A stretch of 64,000 bases of DNA from Felis catus (taxonomy: Eukaryota): assembly GCF_018350175.1 (NCBI RefSeq), contig NC_058373.1, positions 105,588,001 through 105,652,000 on the forward strand, in the 5' to 3' direction. How positions within the stretch are numbered: the stretch's first letter is position 1; the number at the start of each line of letters is the position of its first letter. The position numbers and the translations under genes are program-made. Positions 1-11,610 of this stretch are shown in pieces. The notes under the pieces were generated by a model that was not told the DNA's origin, searched no databases, and saw only the letters and a list, made by a program, of their open reading frames with translations.

Positions 1-659
1 ACACATGAATTATTAATCAGAACCCAAAGAGTTTCATATTTTTTTCTTGAATCCACCTATATATTCAGCCTCTTCTATCAGAGTAATATATTCTATAAGT
101 TTATCACAGGCTCTTTGTTCTAAATACAGTTTATTTTCAAAAGACCCAAGTAACCACCGTGTAGATTTGGAGCTGGAAGGATCTTAGGAATGTAAAGGTT
201 CAACCTCTTTGCCGTCTGAAGGAGGCAATGAAGGCTGGGTCAGTGGAAGATGCGCTGACTCCCAGGCTAGTGCTCTCAGTCTAGCTCCAGTCTAGTGCTC
301 AGCCCCATTTCACTGAATTGCTATCAATGGCTAGAGGATTCATTTCTGTTTCTATCCAACCTCAGCTAAAGCAAACAAATCAGACATTGGTATGAGGCAG
401 GGTTCAGCAACCATGGGGTTCTGCTGAAAATTTTACCATTTTCCTTCCCACTGTCTGTGATGGAAGTGGTCAGACTATGTAGGTAGGAAAGGCCTGCCAA
501 TCTAACCTTACCTAATCACTGACATCTACTTGTGGCTAACGGCCACCGCGGGGCAACGGACATGGACAGTTTGGAAAATCAGCACTGGCCCGCTTCTATT
601 TCCTACTGTTCTCTAAGTGGGTACTTAATATTCTGTCTACTATTCCTTATGTTTTCTCA

Positions 660-1400
660 CGGAATTGAATTAGTTTCAAATTCTTTTTCGCATGCTATGG
701 TAGCTTGACTTTTCTAAGCTGACTCTAGCTTATCATTTTTTGGCTTTAGATCCAGTCCCTTCTGATCTTTGCGTATTTTGAGCACAATCTTTGCCTATTC
801 AAAACAGAACTTCTAATATCAATAATCTAATGCTCATTCTCTATTCCAAGTCACTTATAAAATTTTTATTGAGACCAGAGAGAATAGACCTTCTGCCAAA
901 TATCTTGTCTCAGTTGGATACGGAGCCATTTATCAATTTCTTTTGTTTAAAATAATATAGCCAACTTTTAGTTTATTTGACAATGTTTATTTCCAAGCTA
1001 ATTTAAATTTTCTTCAGAAAACATTTCATTAAGTGCTATATTGGATGCTTTATTAATGCTCTCCCCTGTATAATTGTGTATTATTTCCTAAACAAACTTC
1101 ATAATTTTGCCAAGAGCAATTATGTGATTTTACCTGAAACAATTTGCTTTAATAAATGCTTGCTATTGCTTGGGATTTTAAAATTACTTTTCCTCCAAGT
1201 AATTGTTTTAAATTAACATTTACATTTGGGATAAAATTTTGAAGGGCATAGTTTCCATTTTTCTTATGCTTTTGAAAAATATGTGAGCCACACTGTTCCC
1301 TTTAATCACAGATTTGCAAGTTATAAAGATTCATATATTTCCATACCAATAAAAAATAGATCATTCCTTATAAATGGATGTGTACATGGAGACAGTGACT
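660..1400 (-). mobile_element. Ancient CR1/L3 LINE reverse transcriptase relic
   Basis: Minus-strand translation gives decayed CR1 RT motifs in order, e.g. INGSVS (914-933) followed by FISDL (847-861), resembling VxINGxxSxW...FINDL; many stops/frameshifts. Confidence 0.55.
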
Positions 1401-2376
1401 AGTCTTTCTCGTGATGTCCTTTTTGGACTTTAGGAACCATGGGTTTTTTTGTTATTGCTGCAATTTTTCTAACTCTGAAATACACTTCAAATTACTCTTC
1501 AATTTTAAAAGACAGATTTTACATTGATCAAACCTAGTATATAAGCTTTTTGGAAAAACGTTGTCACTCATTTCATACAGGTACTTACTTATTTAGATTG
1601 TGGATATTCTCTGCAATTCCTATTTTCTGATATACTTATTAAAAGCTAGGATTTCTTAGGTGGCTCTCATCAGTGCAAGATTTAATGTAATCATCAAGTG
1701 CAGATTTTCCTTGGGTTTATTTTTGTGCTCACTGGCTCAAAATTGCTCTTCATGTAATGTGGGACTTTTTGATGCCAAGTGATGGGCTGTGAATGGTTTA
1801 ATATGTCCATTCATATAGCATCTGAGACCTATACCTTCCATATAGTCAGTCTCATTGCTCTCCACTGCCGGGGGTTTAAAATCAGCATCTACTGCAATTT
1901 CTTTTCCCTGTTTTCAATAACATACATACTCTGTTATTGGACAAGAGATTATTTATTTCAGAATGCGTCCAAATAGCCTCTAGACAATTTGCAAAAGCAC
2001 AGTCCTTATATGCCTAAGCACATAGTACTGATATTAAAAATCTTTCTGTGGTGCTATGCTCCTTTGCTTATTTTTGGTTATTTTAGTGTAATGTAAAATG
2101 TAGTGATTAGGCCACATTTTTAACTTTATCCCCACATTCAGCTTAGTAAGTATCTCACATCTTTAGCAAATGAGAATGTATAATGACCTGGAATTTTTCT
2201 TTTTCACAGAACTCAATGTTTTTGATTAATCTAACGTTCTTATGCAGGATTCATTGCATTTTGGGAAATAAATGTGTAGATGATCTTATCTCTTGTCCTT
2301 TACTTCCTTGTATCAGTAAGTTCCCTTCTCTCACCTGGTAATTATGTCTAGCATTTTATTAAAAATCAAACTCTCT

Positions 2377-2576
2377 GCGGTGCCTGGTTGGCTCAGTTGG
2401 TTGAGTGCCCGACTCTTGATATTGGCTCAGGTCATGATCTCACGGTTGTGAGATCGAGCCCTGTGTCGGGCTCTATGCTGACAGCATAGAGCCTGCTTTG
2501 GATTCTCTTTCTCTCTCTGCCCCTCCCCTGCGCTCCAGCTCTCTCTCAAAATAAATAAATAAACATTAAAAAGAAT
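2377..2576 (+). mobile_element. Can-SINE (older SINEC)
   Basis: tRNA-like head, CT-rich linker, AATAAA/A tail; TSD aaaatcaaactctct at 2362-2376 and 2577-2591. Confidence 0.95.
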
Positions 2577-2971
2577 AAAATCAAACTCTCTTCTGAGTCA
2601 ACTTTCACTTCCATCAAAGTTCTCCCCCAAAGGGATTTCTCTTACCTTTTTTTCTCTTTGTTCTAGTAAAAAACCAGCAAATACATGAAATTTATTCAAA
2701 TTCTACCCAGAAGGAACCATTTATGGAAATGGCCTTTTGGAAAAGGAAGAGACCAGAATGAAATAGAAAATGACTCTACTCCCTTTGTTGCCTAGTTCAG
2801 TTTCACAAGGCAGTGCTCTTATCTTGGACGTCAGGAGAGGTCTGTTGGTGGCTGACCCTTTGCTGTGAGACTGGGCTGAGCCCTCAGCATGGTTTTGGGG
2901 AATCTGAGTTTCCCTGATACCCAGTTCCAATTTAAACATCACTGATTATTATCACAGCTGAAAATGCCACA

Positions 2972-3303
2972 TTTTTAAAAATTGTAGTAAAATATACATA
3001 ACATAAAATTTACCTTTTTAACCATTTTTAGGTGTATACATTTATGTTGTTGGGCAGCCCCCCCCACCGTTTATCTCCAGGCCACTTGCCCTCTTGTAAC
3101 AATGAAATTTCAGCCTGTTAAACAGTAACTCTTCAGTTCCCCTTCCCCCCAGTGCCTGGCAACCACCTTTCTGCTTTCTGTCCCTATGAATTTGACTACT
3201 CTGGGTACCTCATATAAGTGGGATCATACAATATTTGTTGTTTTGTGTCTAATTTATTTCACTTAGCATGATGTCTTTATTTTTTAAATATTTATTTATA
3301 TTT

Positions 3304-3345
<42 letters not shown>

Positions 3346-3780
3346 ACCCCCCAAGAGGGGAGGGACAGAGAGAGAGAGAGGGAGACACAGAATCTGAAGC
3401 AGGCTCTTTGCTGTTATCTCGGAGCCCGAGACGGGGCTCAAACCCACAAACCGTGAGATCATGACCTGAGCTGAAGTCGGATGCTGAACCAACTAAGCCA
3501 CCCAGGTGCCCCCAGAATAATGTCTTTAAAGTTCATCCATGTTGTAGCATGTGTCATAATTTCTTTCCTTTCAAAGGCTGAATAATAGTCCGTGTATGAA
3601 TTGACCATATTTGGTTTATCCATTCCTCTGTCAACGGACATCTGGGTTGTTTCCACCTCTTGACTATTTTGAATTATGCTCCTGTGAACACTGGTGCACA
3701 AATATCTTTTTGAGTCCCTGCTTTCAGTTCTTTTGAGTATATACAGAAGTGAAATTGCTGGATGATACGGTAATTCTTCT
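2972..3780 (-). mobile_element. L1 3' end fragment (L1MB-like), split by a SINE
   Basis: Typical antisense L1 3' UTR/ORF2-end phrases (ggcaaccacc...ctatgaatttgactactct, ttcatccatgttgtagcatgt, aattgctggatgata). Confidence 0.85.
3280..3513 (-). mobile_element. Can-SINE with expanded (CT)n
   Basis: Reverse-complement SINE; degenerate TSD agcatgatgtcttta (3265-3279) / agaataatgtcttta (3514-3528). Confidence 0.95.
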
Positions 3781-4111
3781 TATCATATTCCCTGTTTAGC
3801 AAAATTTTACTCTCTTTGGACTTCTGCATTAGTTCTTTTGTTAATGTGCAAAACACCTGGTTAAATAAAGAGTATTTGTGGCACTTCTGGTTTAGTGATT
3901 TTCCTTAAAGACATAAACTTAACCTTTAGAAATAACAAGGTATAATTTCTTTCTGTAGAAAACGGGTTAACGGACTAAAGCAAACAATTTTCTTTATTTT
4001 TGTCAAAATTATACTTTTAAAGACTGAATTTTACTCATTGTTGTCTTTTAGTATTGTTCTAATATTTGAAGTTTTCAGAGTCCTTTTTGCTATTCATAAA
4101 GCTTACTTTTA

Positions 4112-4332
4112 GGGAGCACCTATGTGGCTCAGTCGGTTAAGCATCCAACTCTTGATTTCAGTTCCAGTCATTAACTCAAGGTTCATGGGATTGAGCCCCA
4201 TGTCAGGCTCTGGGCTGACAGTGTGGAGCCTTCTCAGGATTCTCTCTCCCCCTCTCTCTCTGCCCCTCCCCTGCTTGCGCTCTCTCTCTCAACTCTCTCA
4301 AAATAAATAAATAAACTCAAAAAATAAAATAA
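4112..4332 (+). mobile_element. Can-SINE
   Basis: SINE head and tail; TSD ataa(a/g)gcttacttt on both sides. Confidence 0.95.
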
Positions 4333-5429
4333 ATAAGGCTTACTTTAAAAGGAAAGAGAGAAATGTATGGTATCTTGATGAGCCAAAATCACAGGTGTGA
4401 CCTTTTTAAAATAATCCATTGCTAAATGTCTGAACTCACAAAACAAGTCCATCAGAAGATAATTATCAGTGTTGTCAAAAATTCTTGGATTGATCAAAGG
4501 TTTCTTTTAATGAGCTCCTGGTGGATTTTTTTTTAAAAAAAGAATTTGATTTATTAATAATTTTCTAAGAAAGCACCATAAAGACATTATAGTAAAATTG
4601 CCTTGATTTGTAGTTGAGTAATTAGAATTTGTGATATTTTTACTGGGGTCATGAAGTTGGCTTTTTTTTTTTTTTGCAAATGTTGTTTGGAGGAAAATAA
4701 AAGCCTGTTAACAAGACTATGAACAAAGTTCAAAGGAAATGATTGTCTATTGAAGAGAACCAAAGTGTTTTCAAGCATTTAAGAAATAGTAATTTAGAGA
4801 CAAACTGCCGTGTTAGTGTCCTGTCGAGGCTAACAATGCTTATGCTGAAGCTGTAATATGTTAGCTTTAAGCCATTCTTATTGATTAGTGCTTTAATAGG
4901 CTTTTTGCTAGGCAACATTTGGTTAGCACAGTAATTATATGTTTGACTGTATAAAATTACATTTACTGAATATCCAGTTTTAGGAGGTAGAGGGGAAAAT
5001 TACACTTTTCCTGAGTTGTCTCTGGAACTGTGTTTAGGTTAGCACATTTTGAATGTTTGAAACGAAAGCTTTCGTCCTGAATTATCAAGGTATTCCTACT
5101 TTATTTTCCGATTACAGTCTATTAGTCATAGCTGCAGACAAAGAATGTGATCTGGCTGAGGCAAATTTGAGAGAAAGAAGAAAAAAACTGGTTGGACTCT
5201 CTGTAGATCAGAATTTTTGGTTTTAGGAGTAGACATTTACCGACATCTGTTTCAAAAGAGAAAATAGGAGCCCACCCTAGAAGTCTAAGGGTCATCGGGA
5301 AATAGACAAACATCGGGATATTATATTAAAGCACATCTGTCTCCACTTTGGCATGGAAAGCCTCTATTTAGATATTATTTTAAGAACTGCGTTTAAAGTG
5401 CTGATAAAGTGGATTCCACACTCATTTTT

Positions 5430-6000
5430 TGGTTGACTATGTTATTTTTCCTTTTCACCGATGTGCACACTTCGTACTATACTCTGAAATATATGTTCTA
5501 CCAAGACCAAAGTTTGAAAAACGAACGTGTGGAATTTTTCTCGTTTATAACCGGGCATATAAACTTCACAGCAGACCTTGAATAGTTTGTGGACCCTAAG
5601 TGGAAAGCCCCCTCGTGGTTATTTTGCCTCATGTGTACACAGGCATGCGAACCTCCTCTGTGTGCTGCAGGGCTAGTCTTTGATCACCACTGGTGCCCCT
5701 TGGAATCAAGGCTGGTAGCCACCTTCCTCCGATCTAACTCTTGTAGCTCTGCGTTGTCATAGAAAAAAGGAACTGTTTGAACTTGAGATCTAGGTCGGCT
5801 CTTGCCAGCTGCCCAGGGTTGTGGGTAGAGATTTAGGCCGGTTATGGAGGTATCCACTACACACGCCAGATTTTGGCAGTCATGGAGACATGCAGAAAGG
5901 CGTTTGCTTCACAGTTCTAGGCTTGAGCAGCCTAGGATGGGCTGGGTGCACCGTTATCATGTGATGTTCAGTGCAGTTTTCGGTTCTTACGACATAAAAT
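5430..6000. promoter_or_regulatory. Candidate enhancer/alternative promoter (motif cluster)
   Basis: Non-repetitive, more CpGs than flanks; TATAAA 5558-5563, NF-kB-type GGGGCTTTCC on minus strand 5602-5611, TCF/LEF CTTTGAT 5678-5684. Motifs only. Confidence 0.25.
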
Positions 6001-6192
6001 GTGTTTGTATTTTTCCTCTTCTCTTCCTACTCACTGGTTTGCTCTCATTTTCAAGAAGACTAAGAGGTAATTTTTTTCCCCATCATAATTTATCTCTGGA
6101 AGACTGCCGAACCTGTTACAACAGTAAAAATTCCTCTGTGAGGAAGCAACAATGAAAGGACCATGATTGGCTTTGTTTACTGAAAGAAAAAA

Positions 6193-6260
6193 AAGTTTAT
6201 TACTATTATTCAGTTATTAAGAAAGGAAGTTTATTACCATTATTCAGTTATTAAGAAAGG
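6193..6260 (+). repeat. 34-bp tandem duplication
   Basis: aagtttattac(t/c)attattcagttattaagaaagg at 6193-6226 and 6227-6260, one mismatch. Confidence 0.95.
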
Positions 6261-6296
6261 AACGTCTTTAACATCTTTCTATAATCTCGTTTTCTT

Positions 6297-6371
6297 TCCT
6301 TTCCTTTCTGTCTTTTTTTTTTTTTTTTAGAGAGCGAGAACATGTGAGTAAGGGAGAGGGGCAGAGGATGA

Positions 6372-6417
<46 letters not shown>

Positions 6418-6540
6418 CCCAGGCAGGTTCCATGCTCAACATGGAACCCAATGCCAGGCTTGGTCCCACAACCTCAGGATCATGACCCAAGCTGAAATCA
6501 AGAGTTGGATGCTCAACCAATGGAGCCACACAGGCACCCC
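6297..6540 (-). mobile_element. Can-SINE
   Basis: Reverse SINE with (GA)n; TSD tataatctcgttttctt / tacaatctccttttctt. Confidence 0.93.
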
Positions 6541-7120
6541 TACAATCTCCTTTTCTTATGAAAAGAGAGAGCAGACCTCAGGCTCTGTCGTCAGCAGGCA
6601 ACTGTTTTCAGTGAGAATTTAATAGCATTAATGTACTTTCCTTGATTTTATTTCTTTAGTTTGCTTATATTTATTGCAAATAGTATTTTTTTTTTTTTTT
6701 ACCATTGCTGGTGTCCTATGGGTAGCCCAAGATTCGTGGATGCTCAATTCCTCCTGGCCCCAGACTAATTGTGGGAATGTCATGTGCTTAAATTCAAGGC
6801 ATTAACATTCTCATGGGGTCTTCCTTTTTAGAAGTGGAAGCGGGTTAAAATAATGGTCCTTTCCCCCACCAGTGGTGTGTTTTTATATAGAGAGAAAGAT
6901 AACATGGAAGGAAAAATGTAAAAATATTCAATCTGATTTATGGTTAGCCAAGAATACCTCCTGGCTAGAGCAGAAGAAACATTTGATTGTACACCAGGGA
7001 GGATCTCTGGTTCTGGACTCAGTGCATGCCCCAGTTCTGTGTGGGCAGGTCTAGAAACCACTGGGCACTTCTGCTGCCTCACAGAACTAAGCAATGGTTA
7101 GATTAAAGCAGTGATTTTCA

Positions 7121-7295
7121 GGGGCACCTGGGTGGCTCAGTCGGTTACGGGTCTGACTCTTGATTTTGGCTCAGGTCATGATCTCATAGCTCATGAGTTC
7201 CAGCCCACTGACAGCACAGAGCCTGCTTGGGGTTCTCCCTCTCCCTCTTTCTCTTTACCCCTCCCCTACCATATAAATAAGTAAACATTTAAAAA
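7121..7295 (+). mobile_element. Can-SINE with internal deletions
   Basis: ggggcacctgggtggctcagtcgg head; TSD agtgattttca. Confidence 0.93.
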
Positions 7296-7354
7296 AGTGA
7301 TTTTCAAGGAGTTTTTAAAAAAATCAAGTATATATTTCTTTTCTGAAAAAATAA

Positions 7355-7700
7355 GCTTCATTTTAAAATAGTTTTAGGTTTACAGAAAAATTATGAAGAT
7401 AGTAGAGAGAGAATACCCCACAACTACTTCTCCCTATTAATAATATGTTAGCAGGATATTGCCAAAATTAATGAACCGATATCATTATTATTATTAACCA
7501 AAGTCCATAACGTGTTTGTTTTTCTCTAATGTCCTTTTTCTGTCCCGGGACATCTCATTACATTTAATCTCCATGTCTTAGGCAACTCTTGACTGTGACA
7601 GTTTCTCAGGTTTCCTTGTTTTTAATAACCTTGATAATTTTGAGGAATATTGGTCATATATTTTGTAGAATGTTTCTCAATTAGGATTTGTCTGGTTTTT
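7355..7700 (-). mobile_element. L1 3' fragment (L1MC-like)
   Basis: gttttaggtttacagaaaaatt...ctgtgacagtttctcag...ttttgtagaatg pattern of old L1MC 3' ends. Confidence 0.75.
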
Positions 7701-7788
7701 TTCCCCCAGCAATTTATTGAGCTCTAATTGAAAAATAAATATACTTCTCAATCTTATGTATAAAAGCGAATAAAAGTGGAGCTGTTCA

Positions 7789-8004
7789 GGGGCACCTGGG
7801 TGGCTCAGTTGGTTAAGGGTCCAATTTCGGCTCAGGTCATGATCTCACGGTTCGTGAGTTCAAGCCCTGTGTCAGGCTCTGTGCTGGCAGCTCGGAGCCT
7901 GGAGGCGGCTTCAGATTCTGTGCTTCCCTCTTTCTCTCTGCCCCTCCCCTACTTGTGCTCTGCCTCTCTGTCTCTCAAAAATAAATAAATGTTTAAAAAA
8001 AATT
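7789..8004 (+). mobile_element. Can-SINE
   Basis: Full SINE; degenerate TSD ending ga(g/a)ctgttc. Confidence 0.95.
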
Positions 8005-8149
8005 AAATAAAAGGAACTGTTCTGATTTCTAAATTAAGAAGTTGGGATAGTGCTGGAAAGAAAAAAAGAGTAAAAATATTCAACCTAATTTATGGTCAGT
8101 CATGAACAGCTGGATATAACAGAAGAAAATATTTGACTGTATGCTGTAA

Positions 8150-8340
8150 ACTGTAAACTGTTAACTTAGGTTTAAGTCCAGACTCCCTGACTTCCTGTCT
8201 GTATGATCTTAGCAAGTCACTTAACCTAAGTCTTGGTTTCCTCATCTATAAAAAGGATAATTATAATCACCTCATAGAGTGGTTGTGAAGATAAATGTCC
8301 TAGTCAATATAAAATGCTTAGAACAGTACTGGGACATAGG
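8150..8340 (+). mobile_element. MIR
   Basis: MIR core gcaagtcacttaacct...gtttcctcatctataaaa and tail gcttagaacagtactgggacatag. Confidence 0.85.
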
Positions 8341-9581
8341 ACCATTGTTTTTCATTGTGGTTTTACTTTTATTGGAAGCCAAGGGAAGAAAATAAAATTA
8401 CATTGTGATTTTACTTTTATTAATGAGCCAGTTGGCCAATTGATCTCCTCTAAAATCTCAGAATTCTATGTTGTTGTTTTTTTTCTAGATTTTTCTAAAG
8501 TGTAACCTCAGAAAGTCAAATCTAACAAGAATCGTTGGAGTGCTTAGAAGCGTTTTGTGCTTGCTTCCTAACTTTATGTTTTAAGCTCTAGGAAATGTTG
8601 ATAATCGTGTGCCTATCACTGTTGGGCTCTTTGTCACAATGGGATTAGTCCTTGGGAAGCGGAAATCAAAATGTTTTGGGAGTGACGCCAAAAAACGTAC
8701 ATCTAGGCTTTGTTGATTATTCCTATTTGTTGTGATCAGAGGATGACACCTGCACAGAGAATCTGCTTTCCTTGATGTAGTGTATCATGTTATTTATCCT
8801 GTGGTGGAAACAACAGTATCTACACTACAGTGCATATTGCTGAAGTGTTTAATTAGCTTAAGGGCCTTGATTTCATCAGTACCTCTGGGTCCTCGACCCC
8901 TGACCTTTTCGGCTCCAGAAAGGCTGCAGGTACAGATCTATTTGCCTGTCAAGGAGTTGCTACCGAGGCTCCTTTTTGCCCCATTCCTAACCCTTTTCAG
9001 TAAACAATACATTCTAATATAAAATAGATGGGATGATAGCTTATCGGGGAAACTACCAAGACCTCAGAGTCTCTGTCTCCTTGGAAAATTACTAAGCCGC
9101 ATTTAATACTATAGAAATCAACTTCCTGAGTCCCAGAATTAGTCTGCCCTTTGGTATTAAGCGGCACTGCTGATATGATCTATGCCGAGGGCGAAAGAGA
9201 AATGAGGATCTCTATCCTGCCCTCTTAAAATAAACACAGGCAAATCTGTTGGAGAAAATCATCACATTTTAAAATTCAGAAGGGTGTGAAAATAAGCATA
9301 AATAGGTAACTGTGAATGCAGAGAGGATATATGCCTTTGGCACAAATTCTTCATTAGATTGGAATTAGACTAGATGCTAAGAAGAATCAAGATGTTATAT
9401 ATGCCCTATCTCCAAGAGTTAATTATAATTTTAAAAGAATTCAGTTGAGTGGCTGAGATTATAGGCTTTTGAGGCAGCCTGCTCGAGTTGGAATTTCAGC
9501 TGCACTGTTAACAAGGCATGTGATTCAGAGCCCCCTACCTCACTCACTGTGGTTTTGCTTCTGCATCTGGGATATGGAATC

Positions 9582-10132
9582 CCAGTCGTCTCTTGCTGTA
9601 TTATTACAAATTACCCCAACATTTAGTGGCCTAAAGCAATGGCCATTTTATTAAAGCTCATGATCTTGTGAGCCAGTTAATTTTAGGGAGAGCTCTACTG
9701 ACAATTCTTCCACTCCATGTGGCATTGACTGGGTCATTTGGTGGTATTCATTTGGCAGCTGCTTTGGTCTAGAGGCTCCAAGAAGAATTCCCTTAGGGTC
9801 TGGCACCTTGGGGGGGGGGTCCAGAAGGGAGGCTGGGCTCAGCTGTGCCCCTTTCTCTCTCCAGATGGGCTCAGAGCCTCTCCGGGTGGTATCTTCTGCA
9901 GGGTAGTTGGGCTTTTACAGTGGCAGCCCAGGGCTCTGAGAGGGAGCCTACATGAGGTGGGAAAGGGCGACTCTTGAGGTTTGGGCCTGGAAACTGGCAC
10001 TGCATCTCTTCTTCCACAAACTACTGGCCAAAGCAGTCTCGGAGCCTGCCTAGATTCAAGGGAGGGGTTTTAGACCTCCCCTCTCAATGGGAGGAGGGTC
10101 AAAGAATTTGTGGGCCTTTTAAATCAACCCCA
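9582..10132 (-). mobile_element. MaLR LTR (MLT1G/H-like)
   Basis: acaaattaccccaacatttagtggcctaaagcaa...gctcatga start and cctagattcaagggagggg...tgggaggag end typical of antisense MLT1. Confidence 0.8.
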
Positions 10133-10243
10133 GGTGTTGATTACAATAGTTCTAATCTAATCAAGTAATGGAGAGGATTAAGACAGTATATATAAAGTAC
10201 TCGACAGCATCCATCACAGACTAAATGTTCCATTAAGTGTTAG

Positions 10244-10620
10244 ATGTTATAACATGTCTTTCTCTATATACTATTACTACATACAAATATGTTATATATA
10301 CGTGTATATATATACATATATGTACATATATGTACATATATATACATAACATGTCTCTATATACTATTACTACATACAAATATGTTATATATACGTATAT
10401 ATACATATATGTACATATATGTACATATATATACATAACATGTCTCTCTCTATACTATTACTACATACAAATATGTTATATATACGTATATATATATACA
10501 TATATGTACGTATATATAACATATTTGTATGTAGTAATAGTATATAGACATATATATAGACATATAGACATATATATATAGTACATATATGTATATATAT
10601 GCATACATACATATATAATT
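10244..10620. repeat. AT-rich minisatellite (three direct units) with a terminal inverted copy (palindrome)
   Basis: Units start 10249, 10346, 10435; perfect 38-bp inverted repeat 10451-10488 / 10507-10544. Confidence 0.95.
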
Positions 10621-11080
10621 ATAAAACTTATAAAATATATTTTGTGACTACCTGACATGTACAGAGGCTATAGATATGTATAAATTACATGTTTAATTAT
10701 ATTTATATAATTACCAAAAAGATGGCCATTGTGGATATTAACAATCCTTAGGTTATTTTCGTATCTTAGTATTTGCATGGTGAATCTCTTTCCTTACTGT
10801 GGGAAATAGATCCCTGCAGGAAGAGTTCTTTTATTTAGTTGTTTTCTTTTAAATGCAACTAAATGTAACTAAACAGGAGGGCAACTGACCTGCTCCTCTG
10901 TGTTAGATTCCTGAGTTGCTAATGGCAGAGACACTCAGTCCATTAGCCTTTAAGAGAGGAGCCAGAACATCAGGTGGTAGGTTCTCACAGGGAACAGAGA
11001 ATGCTGGCAGAATTATTTTCCTTTGGAATTATTTTACAGTTTTGTGCTTTCAAGTCTCAATTTTAAGAAGATGGAATATA

Positions 11081-11298
11081 GGGGCGCCTGGGTGGCGCAG
11101 TCGGTTAAGCGTCCGACTTCAGCCAGGTCACGATCTCGCGGTCCGGGAGTTCGAGCCCCGCGTCAGGCTCTGGGCTGATGGCTCGGAGCCTGGAGCCTGT
11201 TTCCGATTCTGTGTCTCCCTCTCTCTCTGCCCCTCCCCTGTTCATGCTCTGTCTCTCTCTGTCCCAAAAATAAATAAACGTTAAAAAAAAAAAAAAAA
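11081..11298 (+). mobile_element. Young SINEC_Fc-type SINE
   Basis: Near-consensus, CpGs intact; perfect 16-bp TSD aagaagatggaatata. Confidence 0.97.
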
Positions 11299-11314
11299 AA
11301 GAAGATGGAATATA

Positions 11315-11574
11315 ATCAGTTATTGGAGAACAAGCTTCCATGCCCAAAGACTGGGAGAAGGAAGGTGGTGGTCCCCTAAGAGAAAGATTTTCAAATAACA
11401 CAGACAGATCACACGTGAAAAGGTTATTGTGACAGGGGTGCCTGGGTGGTTCAGTCCATTAAGCCTCTGACTTCAGCTCAGGTCATGATCTAACGGTTCG
11501 TGGGTTTGAGACTCTGTCAGCCCAGAGCCCGCTTGGAATCTCTGTCCCCTTCTCTCCCCGCCCCTCTCCCTCTT

Positions 11575-11610
<36 letters not shown>

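Larger units (their letters stand above)
1540..4560 (-). mobile_element. Ancient Ty3/Gypsy LTR-retrotransposon pol relic (RT-RNase H-integrase), MamGyp-like, interrupted by younger SINEs and L1
   Basis: Minus-strand motifs in Gypsy order: LMQKSKESKILLNRE (~3790-3835, RT), SKTLSSVKKK (2196-2225, RNase H), FANCLE (1978-1995, ADALSR-like), IHSPSLGIKK (1765-1794) and LDDYIKSCT (1672-1698, integrase H2C2), YQKIGI (1615-1632, integrase core start). Confidence 0.6.

Noticed and set aside
541..556. CTCF-like motif ggccaccgcggggca (similar weak matches near 48348 and 56592)
   Set aside because: Mismatches at core positions; cannot be supported without ChIP or conservation data.
5844..6155. 103-aa ATG-initiated ORF in unique sequence
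   Set aside because: No recognisable homology or coding-like composition; length within chance expectation.
10233..10658. Tyr/Ile-rich ORFs on both strands; CRISPR-like repeat/spacer appearance
   Set aside because: Product of a TA-rich minisatellite; spacers are simple TA repeats and the DNA is mammalian.
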